A stretch of 46,652 bases of DNA. It comes from an uncultured Treponemataceae bacterium. Lineage in GTDB: Bacteria > Spirochaetota > Spirochaetia > Treponematales > UBA12059. Each line of letters opens with the position of its first letter. Position 1 is the stretch's first letter. The DNA is taken from the NCBI GenBank assembly GCA_964571545.1, contig CAZNCK010000003.1, forward strand, positions 11,455-58,106, read 5' to 3'. The notes below the pieces were generated by a model. The model was given only the letters and a program-made list of their open reading frames with translations, was not told where the DNA came from and made no database searches. Made by a program: the position numbers and the translations under genes. This document shows positions 8,219 to 17,601 of the stretch, in pieces.

Positions 8219-9845
8219 AGCACCAGAGTCTTCTCGTCTCCAAAACCCCTGCAGAGCAATACGCTGTCCATCGCGGCATGCATTATCTCGAGGCCATAAC
8301 CACGTCTGGCATAGTTCCCTATGGGCGACACGGGCGTAGCGAGCCAGTTGTAATCCGGCCCCTTGTAGCTAAACTCTACTGAAAACAGGCCTTGCCGAAT
8401 GCGCCACTCGACCAAGCAATGCCCCGAACGCCCGCCTAGGCCGTGTTCGGCAACGTTGGAAAGCGCTTCGACGCAGGCCAGCACGAGGCCGCCGTTTTCC
8501 ACCGGATCGACGCTGCCGGCCGCATCCAGCGCCCGCGCCAGCGTCAGGCGAAGCGTTTCGCTGGCTTTGTCCGAAGCCTGCCTGAGAAGCAGGTTCAGAG
8601 AGCCGGTCAGCTCGTCTATGGCAGTTTCCGGCTTCAACGCCTTGACGCAGACTATGCTCACATCGTCAACAAAGCCCGCTTCTGAAAACTCGAATCCAAG
8701 CCGTACAAGCGTATCGGCTATCTCCCTGGCGGTAAATCCGGCGCGGGAACGGGCCACGCGCATGATACGATCCTCGCTAAAAAATGCGCCGTCGTGGCCG
8801 GGGCATTCTGAGAGCCCGTCTGAAAACACGATGAAGAGGTCGCCCTCGCGGTACGGCAATAGGAATGATCTGAATGCCTGCTTCTCTACAAAACCAAGCG
8901 GCATGTCAGCGCCCTTGATGAGCCTGCAGGAATCGGTCGCCTTACGGTAGTGCACGATGGAGGTGTGCCCGAAATCAACGAACTCGGCGAACGCGGTAAG
9001 TTCATGCAGGCGCATATACGAGAACGTGGCTATGCTCCGCCGGTCCAGCAGATGCGGCGTGATGACCCGCTCGGTGGCGGCGCAGATCTCTCTCACAGAG
9101 GGAGCGCTACCCTCAGCCCGTGTCATCATCGCGAGAGACCTGAACAGCCCCACCTTTATCACGGCGCCCATGATCGCGGCATCCATACCCTTGCCCATCA
9201 CATCACCGAGCAGCACATCGACGATATCCGCCAGCAGGTCAACAAATACCACGACGCGCTCGAATCGACGATATCCGGCGCCAGTCTGATCACATCGAGA
9301 AAATCGCCGTCCACCAGCTTGCTCGGCATCGCGGAGCAGGCATATTCCAAATAGGAGGAATCGACATGGGTGCCGTTCACGAGTACGGCCGCCTGTAGCC
9401 TCGCGCTAGCGTCAGCGTCTATGGACTGAGCGCGCGCCAGCCGCTCGCGGCTTTCGGACAACTCCGTTTCATCCTTCAGGAATATGAGCCTCCGCCCAGG
9501 TGTTCCCGGAACCGGCGTATGCCTGACCCTGATCAGCCGTTTACCCCTACCGGGGAATAGACAGGATACGCTGTCCCCGCGAAGTCCTGCTTTCTCCGGA
9601 CCGGTGCCGCTGAACAGCATTGACCACGCCTCGGCGTCCAACACGCCCAACGCTTCCGCAAGCGTGCCCCGCACGACAGTTGAACCGGCGGGCAATCCAG
9701 ACAGGACGGCGAGATTTTTAGCACCCGAAAAGACAGCTTGCCCCGAGTCGTCGCATACCAGAAATGCTCCTTCAGCGACAATCGAGAACGAGGATTCTTC
9801 TACACCGTAGCTGTCGGGTCGCTTCAGTAGCTTCTGGTCATTCAT
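8188..9845 (-). pseudogene. PAS-like sensor + SpoIIE-type PP2C phosphatase + RsbW/SpoIIAB-like HATPase kinase (HsbR/RsbW-type partner-switching protein), split by a 47-nt insertion
   Basis: ORF 9198-9884 ends ...VDGDFLDVIRLAPDIVDSS... and ORF 8188-9252 continues in another frame as ...ADIVDVLLGDVMGKGMDAA...FSDGLSE...DDVSIVCVK. A kinase N-box (CVEALSNVAEHG) follows. A 14-nt direct repeat (9217-9230 and 9264-9277) brackets the frame break. The likely ATG at 9845 overlaps the STAS stop (ATGAATGA). Confidence 0.75.
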
Positions 9846-10185
9846 TATTCCGGGCCATTGCCGAGAGTGAAGCCGCCACGTCATCGTCTATGGCAACGAT
9901 GCTGCTCATGTGCACCATGTTGAAAAGAGCCTTGACTGTGGGCAACGACGAACACAGGCGAATCTGGCCACCTTTAAGCTCAACATCCCGTATCAGACCG
10001 ACTATGGCCCCAAGCCCGGCGCTGTTGATGAACTGCACCTTTGACAGGTCCAGCACGATTTTGCCGCCAGTATCGACCGCGGGGCGAAGCGGTTCGAAGA
10101 ACGCCGGCGCGTTGTTCTGATCGACGGTGCGCATGCCGGGCTTGAGCACGGTGACGCCGCCGGATTCGGCCATTTCATAATCCAT
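9838..10185 (-). CDS. STAS-domain anti-sigma-factor antagonist (SpoIIAA/RsbV/HsbA-like)
   Basis: 115 aa. It carries the hallmark LDLSKVQFINSAGLGAIVG with the phosphorylatable Ser, followed by GGQIRLC and VKALFNM. A GAGGAA ribosome-binding site precedes the ATG. Confidence 0.85.
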   Translation of the reverse strand: MDYEMAESGGVTVLKPGMRTVDQNNAPAFFEPLRPAVDTGGKIVLDLSKVQFINSAGLGAIVGLIRDVELKGGQIRLCSSLPTVKALFNMVHMSSIVAIDDDVAASLSAMARNNE

Positions 10186-10241
10186 AGAGGTTCCTCATCG
10201 ATAAAAGCCTTGAAACGATACAGGTACATACCTGCGTCCCT

Positions 10242-10270
10242 AGTATACTCTCCATTTTGCATCAGCGCAA
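10242..10270 (-). promoter_or_regulatory. Sigma70-like promoter for the STAS/PP2C/GGDEF*-REC/GT2/GH operon
   Basis: The minus strand reads TTGCGC-N17-TATACT (-35 at 10270-10265, -10 at 10247-10242). It sits about 55 nt upstream of the STAS ATG. Confidence 0.4.
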
Positions 10271-10288
10271 AATCATCCGGATCTATAG

Positions 10289-11035
10289 TCAGGGTCGTTG
10301 AAGCGGGGTAAAACTGAAGCGATCTATACAAATCCGGTCTGCTGACTCGGGCGCCCGTCCCTGGAACAACCAAAGGTTGAGCCCGACGCGCTCCCTACCC
10401 TTGGGCGGAGCGCCAAAGGGTTCAGGCTCGGAAACTCCGGATGGCGGATAGCCCCACGAAAATGAGCCTGTAACAGACTCTACGCTGAAACGCACAAGCC
10501 CCGGTTCCCATATAAAGACCAGGGTTGTAGGCATAGAGAAATCGAATTCGGCAAGGCCCGAGCGCTCGGGGCGGTCAGCTGACGGTTGCACGGTACAGTT
10601 GAGGTTAGGAGCCGCTGGTATCGCCCATCGGGCCAGTTCAATATCTATTTCGCGGTTGGCGTAGGCAGGATCATCGTCCCAAGTAAAGAATCCAAACACA
10701 GTCATATCATCCAGCGGCTTCTCCAACGGAGCAAGCACCAGCTCGTAGCGGCCGTAACCCAGGCTTTTCGTCAAGAACAGGTGCGCGCTCGTCCAGTTAC
10801 CAGCGGCAAGGCTGGTTTCCATAATGAGCCTACCCTCGTTATCTAACCGCACATTTCCGCGGCTGAACAGGTTGGGTCCCGGCCCGCGAGGCGTGGCGGA
10901 CTGTATCACCTGCCAGGTATATCCAGAGAACAATATTGTCGAACTCTGACGGATGGCGGGCGCGGTCCAAGCAGGTACACAGAAAAGAGCCGAAATTAAA
11001 GCGATCAGGAACCTGCGTAGACCAGAACTGGTCAC
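10289..11035 (-). CDS. Secreted glycoside hydrolase family 16-like beta-glucanase
   Basis: 248 aa with a signal peptide (LIALISALFCVPAWTAPA). It has the GH16 catalytic signature ExDxE as REIDIELARW. The GTG start overlaps the stop of the upstream gene. Confidence 0.65.
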   Translation of the reverse strand: MTSSGLRRFLIALISALFCVPAWTAPAIRQSSTILFSGYTWQVIQSATPRGPGPNLFSRGNVRLDNEGRLIMETSLAAGNWTSAHLFLTKSLGYGRYELVLAPLEKPLDDMTVFGFFTWDDDPAYANREIDIELARWAIPAAPNLNCTVQPSADRPERSGLAEFDFSMPTTLVFIWEPGLVRFSVESVTGSFSWGYPPSGVSEPEPFGAPPKGRERVGLNLWLFQGRAPESADRICIDRFSFTPLQRP

Positions 11036-11598
11036 TGCGACTCTCGGCGAGCTGTTTCCCGCAAGGCCTGGAACGCGGGCCCGTCTTCCCTCCAGGCATG
11101 GCAGGAATCCTTCAGGAACAGGGCGCCGGAGGCGGCACGCCCGCTTGCCGCGGCGCCGGACTCGCGGCTTTCAATATCGAGCAATGCCCAGTACCCCTGC
11201 AGGATGGCGGGCGCCATGGTCGTCAGCAAGTGGACCAGGTGCGTACACCCAACCTTGCCCCCGGCTAGATTCTTGATCACTCCCGTGAACCCCCGCCCTA
11301 TGGAAATACCCAGCACGGCATCCAAAGAATGCGCCAGAAAATTACAATCATCCATGGGCACGGTATTGATAGCGACCTCTATATCCTCGATAGTCAGCTC
11401 GGGTAATTTTAAAAGGACATGGATTTCAAGATTGTGCAGGTCCCCGGCCTCGAACCGGTAGCCGTTGAAGCCCACGCTCGGAGCGTGCCGCACATCCCTG
11501 AATTGCCCCGTGCACAGGATATGAGAGGCATCCACCGCAAACGTAGACATTTCGATAGTCCTGGTGTGGAACTGCATATAAGCATGAAAAAGCGGCAT
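11032..11598 (-). CDS. DUF2889-like hypothetical protein
   Basis: 188 aa. The GKVGCTHLVHLLTTMAP segment matches my recollection of the GCTHL motif of DUF2889. Its stop overlaps the GH16 start. Confidence 0.4.
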   Translation of the reverse strand: MPLFHAYMQFHTRTIEMSTFAVDASHILCTGQFRDVRHAPSVGFNGYRFEAGDLHNLEIHVLLKLPELTIEDIEVAINTVPMDDCNFLAHSLDAVLGISIGRGFTGVIKNLAGGKVGCTHLVHLLTTMAPAILQGYWALLDIESRESGAAASGRAASGALFLKDSCHAWREDGPAFQALRETARRESQ

Positions 11599-11617
11599 AA
11601 ATCCAGTAAAAACAGCC

Positions 11618-13558
11618 TTACGAAGCCAGCTCCATGATAAACCTCGAACCGTGAGCGCGGTCTATGCTGATGGTGCCGCCCATCTGCTGTACCAGCATAC
11701 CTATAAGTTCCATGCCAAAGCCGGTAGACGACTCCAAGGAAATGGAATCAGGCAGGCCGGGGCCATTGTCCGCATATATGATCGTGATCGTAGATCCGGT
11801 TTTAGTCGCTGTAATGGTTATAGTTCGTTCCGAGATTCCAGTGAAGGCGTATTTCATTGAATTGGATATCAGTTCATTGATGATTATTGCCAGCGGAGAA
11901 AGGATTTCTTCCTTTAATATAAAACCGCTGGTTTCGACGATGGCTTTGACCGCCGGGACGGCAGAGAAAACACCCATGATTTCATCGACCAAGGGAGGAA
12001 GAAAAACCTGTACATCGACTTCCTGGAGATTCTTGAATTGATAGAGTCTGTCATAGAGGCTGCTCATGCGCTTCAATCGCGCGGCGGCGTTCATAAGTAT
12101 CTCAGTGCACTTGTCGTCATTCTGCATCTGTGCCTGCAACGATAAAAGACCGTGTATGCTGCTCATGTTGTTCTTCAGGCGATGATGCGTCTCCCTGAGC
12201 AGTATATCCTTTTCCTTCAGCAGTCCTGTTATTTTATCTTCGGCAGCCTTGCGTTCAGTGATATCGGTAAAAACACCAAGCACGCACTTCTTCCCATCCA
12301 TTTCAACGGGGCACGTATTGATTATCGCAAGGAAGATGCCGCCGTCCTTTCTCAGCATCCTGATATCATTCACGGTAACGAATTCACCCCCAGCCAAGCG
12401 TTTGTAATATTCCTGAATTCTCTGAAACTCGGCTTCCGGATGGAGAGACAGCGGATGAAGCTCATACAGTTCTTCATTCGTGTAACCGAGCATCTGACGG
12501 ACAGCCTCGTTCACGAACAGAATCCTGCCGTTCCCGGAATCTACCGCGATGATGCCCTGGGGTATGGTCTCCAGCACCGTACGCATGCGAAGTTCTGATT
12601 TCTTTATGATTTCCTTTCTTTCAGATAATTCTCGCTTGGAACGCCGAAGCCTTGAAATAGCGACATACTGTCCAACGATACCGGCAAGAGCCACCATAAA
12701 CGCGATGATGATGGCTACGACTGTATTCCGTTCCATCCGTATCCATTGCTCGGAGGTCAGAAATACGACCTCTTTGGAGCGCCAAGAATCCAGGATCGTA
12801 TCGTAGATACCCTCATCCTTAATTTCAGCCAGGGCATTGTTGATCTCGGCCAGCAGCTGGACATTATCCTTGCTCACCGCTATGGCGGATGAACTCCTGC
12901 TTACGGGTTCTTCGACAATACGGACACCTCTGATCTCACTTTTCGCCAGCACATAGGAGCCAACCCAGCGATCCGCCAGCACGGCGTCGATCTGCCCCGC
13001 AAGCAGCAACTCGAATCCCCGTTCAAAATCAGGAATGATCTCCACGTTTATCAACGGCTCTTCCTTGAGTAACTGGACGGGCAATCCGCTTTTCTCTACG
13101 CCGACTTTCATCCCGTTCAGATCGTGCAGGGTTACGACGCCGTGCCGGTCGGCTTTTAGGAAAATCGAGAACTCGGACACCAGCAAGGGTCCTGAGAAGC
13201 TAAGCGTCTCCAGCCGTTCCGGAGTCTGGTTAATCTGCAGCAAGGCGTCTGCCCGCCCCTCCCGTACGAGGCGCTGCGCCTCGGTCCAGTTCATGGCGCG
13301 GATTTCAACGGGGCGTTTCATATGCTTGGAGATAGCCTTCATCAAATCAACAGCGATACCCGCTGGCTGTCCGCCGTCAAGGTAGACAATGGGTGGGAGC
13401 GTCTCGTTGCCCAGAAACAAGGCAGGAGCCGTAGAGGATATGGTGGAAGTCTGTTGAGCCGCCGGTTCCGCGGCAAAAACAACAGCCATAAGGAGGACAA
13501 TAGTCGCAATTTTGAATCTATTTTGCATACAATTACCTCGCAACAGCAATAATATCAC
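11618..13558 (-). CDS. Sensor histidine kinase: periplasmic solute-binding (SBP_bac_3-like) domain, TM, PAS, HisKA_2, HATPase_c
   Basis: 646 aa. Signal/TM, then an amino-acid-binding-protein-like region (GGQPAGIAVDLMKAI...DAVLADR). A TM helix and a PAS domain follow (IPQGIIAVDSGNGRILFVNEA). The H-box HHRLKNNMSSIHGLLSLQ is HisKA_2/HWE type. The ATPase motifs are INELISNSMKYAF and DNGPGLP. Confidence 0.85.
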   Translation of the reverse strand: MILLLLRGNCMQNRFKIATIVLLMAVVFAAEPAAQQTSTISSTAPALFLGNETLPPIVYLDGGQPAGIAVDLMKAISKHMKRPVEIRAMNWTEAQRLVREGRADALLQINQTPERLETLSFSGPLLVSEFSIFLKADRHGVVTLHDLNGMKVGVEKSGLPVQLLKEEPLINVEIIPDFERGFELLLAGQIDAVLADRWVGSYVLAKSEIRGVRIVEEPVSRSSSAIAVSKDNVQLLAEINNALAEIKDEGIYDTILDSWRSKEVVFLTSEQWIRMERNTVVAIIIAFMVALAGIVGQYVAISRLRRSKRELSERKEIIKKSELRMRTVLETIPQGIIAVDSGNGRILFVNEAVRQMLGYTNEELYELHPLSLHPEAEFQRIQEYYKRLAGGEFVTVNDIRMLRKDGGIFLAIINTCPVEMDGKKCVLGVFTDITERKAAEDKITGLLKEKDILLRETHHRLKNNMSSIHGLLSLQAQMQNDDKCTEILMNAAARLKRMSSLYDRLYQFKNLQEVDVQVFLPPLVDEIMGVFSAVPAVKAIVETSGFILKEEILSPLAIIINELISNSMKYAFTGISERTITITATKTGSTITIIYADNGPGLPDSISLESSTGFGMELIGMLVQQMGGTISIDRAHGSRFIMELAS

Positions 13559-13597
13559 ATATATTGGAGTAATTAAATGTAAAACGCTCAGGATTAT

Positions 13598-15226
13598 CTA
13601 CGCTGAACCTAGCTGTCCGGTCTTCTCGCTATAATACTGATAGTCCCCCTCGTACACCTTGAGGGCGCCGCGGTTCACCTCGAAGACCCGGTTGGCCAGG
13701 TGCTTGAGGAAATACCTGTCATGGCTGACTATCATGATGGTACCATCGAAGTCCTTGAGCGCTCCCAATAGCACTTCCCGGCTCGCTATATCCAGATGGT
13801 TGGTAGGCTCGTCAAGGACCAGGAAATTGACCGGCGAAGACAACAGACACGCAAGCATCACGCGCGTCTTCTCTCCGCCCGAGAGCACCGAGATGCGCTT
13901 GTCGGTATCGTCGCCCGAGAACTGGAACGAGCCCAGCAGGTTCTTTATCGTGCCCACCGACTCACGGGGGAGCCTGCTCTGCAGTTCCTCAAAAATGGTC
14001 ATGGACGCATTCAGCGTGTCACCGGAATACTGACTGAAGTAACCGACGTTGACACTCGCCCCCAACAGGCAGGAGCCGGAGGTAGCGTCCGTCTGCCCGG
14101 TAATCACCTTGAGCAGCGTGGACTTTCCGGCCCCGTTGATGCCTGTCACGGCTATCTTGTTGCCGCGCGCCACGATGCCGGAAATATTTGCGAACACCGG
14201 GTGCGCATTGCCGTCGGTCTTTAACCAGGACTTTGCTAGATCCTTTAACTCGACGACCACGTCGCCGCTACGCTTGACGGCGCCAAACTCAAACTTGATT
14301 GTCTTGACCTCGCGCGGAATTACGATGCGCTCTATCTTCTCAAGCATCTTTATCCTGGACTGCACCTGAGCCGCGTGCGAGGCACGGGCCGCGAAGCGCG
14401 CGATGAATTCCTCATCCTTCTCGAATGCCGCCTGTTGACGCTTGTGCGACGCTATCAATTGTTCACGCCGTATCTCGCGCTCACGCAGATAGAAGTCGTA
14501 GTCGCCCGTATACGAGGTAATCGTCCCGTCCGCCACTTCCACCGTACGCGAACAAATTCTCGTCATAAACTCGCGGTCGTGGCTCGTCATAACGAGCGCG
14601 CCTTTGAATTCCTTGAGCCAGTTTTCAAGCCACAGAATAGTCTCGATATCCAGGTGGTTGGTAGGTTCGTCTATCAGCAACCCGTGCGGATTGAGGAGCA
14701 GTATCTTGGCTAGTTCTATGCGCATCTTCCAGCCGCCGGAGAAGTTCTCCACCCGTTCGCCCCAACGCTCCCTGCCTATGCCCAGGCCAGACAGAATTGT
14801 CTGGGCGCGGTTCTCCAGATCATACCCGTCCAGGTGCTGAAACTCCATCTGCAGGTGGCCGTACCTGTCCATTTCCGCATCGCTGAGCGGCGCCCCGGCC
14901 GGGTCAGACATGCGGTGTTCCAGCGCTTGCAGCTCCAACCCGATGCCAAACACCGTGCCGGCCCCGGAGAGCACTTCTTCCAGCGCGGTCCTGCCTGACA
15001 TCTCTCCCACATCCTGAGAGAAGTAACCCACAACGATGCCAGGATCGACCAGCACCTCGCCGGAGTCCGGGTGCTCCAGAGCCGCTATGAGTTTAAACAC
15101 CGTCGTCTTGCCCGCCCCGTTCGGACCAACCAAGCCTATCTTGTCGCCAGGGCGAACGAGGAAATCAGCATCCTTGAACAGAATACGGTCACCGTATCCC
15201 ATCGTTACTTTTGCGAGGTTTATCAC
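13598..15226 (-). CDS. ABC-F family ATPase (two tandem ABC domains, no TM domain)
   Basis: 542 aa. Two Walker A motifs (GPNGAGKTT, GINGAGKST), two ABC signatures (FSGGWKMR, LSGGEKTR) and two Walker B motifs (LLIDEPTNHLD, LVLDEPTNHLD). It has a GTG start. Confidence 0.9.
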   Translation of the reverse strand: MINLAKVTMGYGDRILFKDADFLVRPGDKIGLVGPNGAGKTTVFKLIAALEHPDSGEVLVDPGIVVGYFSQDVGEMSGRTALEEVLSGAGTVFGIGLELQALEHRMSDPAGAPLSDAEMDRYGHLQMEFQHLDGYDLENRAQTILSGLGIGRERWGERVENFSGGWKMRIELAKILLLNPHGLLIDEPTNHLDIETILWLENWLKEFKGALVMTSHDREFMTRICSRTVEVADGTITSYTGDYDFYLREREIRREQLIASHKRQQAAFEKDEEFIARFAARASHAAQVQSRIKMLEKIERIVIPREVKTIKFEFGAVKRSGDVVVELKDLAKSWLKTDGNAHPVFANISGIVARGNKIAVTGINGAGKSTLLKVITGQTDATSGSCLLGASVNVGYFSQYSGDTLNASMTIFEELQSRLPRESVGTIKNLLGSFQFSGDDTDKRISVLSGGEKTRVMLACLLSSPVNFLVLDEPTNHLDIASREVLLGALKDFDGTIMIVSHDRYFLKHLANRVFEVNRGALKVYEGDYQYYSEKTGQLGSA

Positions 15227-15261
15227 GAAGTGTCCTTGATTGTATGGATGGCGCCGTGCGG

Positions 15262-16381
15262 CTAGAGCTTGTCCTTGTACATCAGCGCATCAGCTTCCGC
15301 GAGCAGAGCCTCGTAGGTCTTGCCGTCTCCCGGCTCGCGTATCGCGGCGCCCATGCTCGCGGCAAGCTGCCAACTCTTGCCGGAACCGCGATTAAACGCC
15401 GCAAACGATTCCCCTATCCGCGCGCAGGATATCGGCTTCCTCGCTCTTGCGTATATCCGCGATGACGACGAACTCGTCCCCAGCGTAACGCGCTATGAAG
15501 TCATTGGCATGCAGACAGCGTTTAAGCACGCCGGCCGTCTCCGCCAGGGCCTCGTCGCCCTGGGCATGCCCAAATCTGTCGTTGATGTGCTTGAAACCGT
15601 CAAGATCGAGCATGATAACGGTAAACAACTTGTCCGCGGAAGCAAACCGCAACTTTCGAGCTAAATAGCGGTTCAGGCTCCTCCTGTTGTGGAGCCCCGT
15701 CAGGTGGTCGGTAATCAGCAGATCGCTCTCGATGCTCAGGTACACCATGAGCAGCGAAAGCGCTACACCGGGCCAGAGCAATGTTACCCCAAAGAACATA
15801 CTCTGAATGATACCGCCCAGCATGGGTGGCACAGCGAAGAAAAGCAACGGGAGGCGGCTTCGCTGCGGAATATGCGACCAGTGCAAAGCGGCCGCAAGCA
15901 GGCCGTAGCCCAGGTATAAATACGGAATTGCCGCCGCGACGATGAACAGGCTACCCCTGGAATACACGTTCTCCGAATCGAGTCTGAATATCCAGCCTGT
16001 CTCGGGCGAAGCCAAGACCAGTAGCGAATGCGCGATAACAGGCGGCGACAGTACAAGAGCCAGCCGCTTCAAGCGTTTGCCGTCAAAAAAGGTCTGATAA
16101 TCGGCATACAGCGCCCAGAGAAACGTGACAAACGGCTGAATAAAGAAATAGAGTATATGTACAAGGTTCAGCGAAATACCCGAGCCCGGTTGGCCGTCAA
16201 GCCCCCAGGTCAGCATATCCAGCACCAGTTCGGCGATAGTCAGTATGAGCAGGCCTAGAAAAAGCCTGAAGCGGAGCATCGAGCGGTCATCGCCTATGGC
16301 GACCATGACCAAAACAATGCAGAGCATCGCGAGAGAGACCACGTTGGCGTCAATTCGATTCATGAACTGTATGATAGACAT
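15262..16381 (-). pseudogene. Multi-pass membrane diguanylate cyclase (GGDEF) with a frameshift in the last ~45 codons
   Basis: The ORF 15392-16381 has about 6-7 TM helices, then DHLTGLHNRR...DLDGFKHINDRFGHAQGDEAL...RYAGDEFVVI, and stops shortly after ADILRA. The +1 frame continues IGESFAAFNRGSGKSWQLAASMGAAIREPGDGKTYEALLAEADALMYKDKL* to the stop at 15262-15264. That is the canonical GGDEF C-terminus. Confidence 0.75.
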
Positions 16382-16455
16382 CGATACGCTATCTTATCGT
16401 CTTTTCAGGGTAAAAAGCAATGCCGCGGCTTTTGTAAGGATAAACAGAATATACG

Positions 16456-17001
16456 TTAAACCCTTAGCAAGCCACGGAACGCCCTGACGTTATAATACGA
16501 TTGCGCGCCGTTGTGATACACGAAGACAGTATCGTAGCGACGATCGGCAAAGAGGGCGCCGCCTAGTTTTCTAATGGAGGAAGGAGTCTTCACCCAGCTC
16601 GATGTTTTCGTGTCAAACTCTCCAAGCTTCTGAAGATCGCGATATTGTTCTTCAGTTAGGAGTTCAATGCCCATGGTAGCCGCCATATCGACGGCATTGG
16701 CTTCAGGCTTGAATTCCTTTCTTGATTCCTGCCCTTCCCTGTCGTAACAGATACTTCTACGACCCTTGGGGCTTTCAGCTGAGCAATCAATAAATATATA
16801 TTCGCCTGCCTTTGCGCCAAACCCGACAACATCGGGTTCGCCGCCGGTTATCTCCATTTCGTTGAGCGACCTAAGTTTATCTGAATTGGCCTCCAACTTT
16901 GCTTGTACGGCGGACCATTCAAGGTCCTTATGACGGTTCATGTTTTTGCCAAAACGTGTCTTTAATGCACCCACTAGTTCTTCGCGTTGTTTTGCATCCA
17001 T
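16456..17001 (-). CDS. DUF4256 domain-containing protein
   Basis: 181 aa. Strings typical of this family are present: RFGKNMNRHKDLEW, NEMEITGGEPDVVG, DCSAESPKGRRSICYDRE, LGEFDTKTSSWVKTP. Confidence 0.7.
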   Translation of the reverse strand: MDAKQREELVGALKTRFGKNMNRHKDLEWSAVQAKLEANSDKLRSLNEMEITGGEPDVVGFGAKAGEYIFIDCSAESPKGRRSICYDREGQESRKEFKPEANAVDMAATMGIELLTEEQYRDLQKLGEFDTKTSSWVKTPSSIRKLGGALFADRRYDTVFVYHNGAQSYYNVRAFRGLLRV

Positions 17002-17107
17002 GTTCTTGACTCCTTACAGTCCCGTCTTTATCGATTGCAACGCTAATCAGCAAGCGTCGTTCCAAAATATATCGATTACTACACGTACAATCAATAATGC
17101 AAGGTCC

Positions 17108-17476
17108 TTACTTTACAAGTTTTTCCGGACACATGATTTCTATAGGTCTTATATGATACATGATAACTTTTGGATCTGAGAAAAACGCATATTCCCAAGG
17201 ATTTTTTAGTACGAATTGATGTTGCACAATATCAAACGTTTTACTATTCCTGGGTATTTGGGTAGCTTCACCTTTTACTATGGTATAATTCCAATCATAG
17301 GCCTTTTCAAAATGATAATTAGCTCTGTGATCTATAGCAAAACCACAGCGCGCGTCTCTTGAAAGATTTTTTGATTTTAAAGTCCCGCTATGCGATATGA
17401 TAAAAATATCATCTTTGTCGCTAGATAAAAACGCCATTACAGTCGTATGAGGTTGCTCAAACCCTCTTGTAATCAA
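17108..17476 (-). CDS. Pyridoxamine 5'-phosphate oxidase-like (split-barrel) protein; start uncertain
   Basis: 122 aa from a TTG start. The frame stays open upstream to about 17600 without an ATG. The GVLITRG...TTVMAFLSSDKDDIFIISHSGTLKSKNL pattern resembles the first strands of PNPOx-fold proteins. Confidence 0.4.
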   Translation of the reverse strand: MITRGFEQPHTTVMAFLSSDKDDIFIISHSGTLKSKNLSRDARCGFAIDHRANYHFEKAYDWNYTIVKGEATQIPRNSKTFDIVQHQFVLKNPWEYAFFSDPKVIMYHIRPIEIMCPEKLVK

Positions 17477-17601
17477 GACGCCAAGCTTATTATCAAATTC
17501 TTTATCCTCAAACGTAATATTATCGCCTAGAACCGAGTTGACCGAATTCCTTTCAGGCCTAGTATCTTCAATAAAATGAAAGGAATTTGACCTATATTTT
17601 T

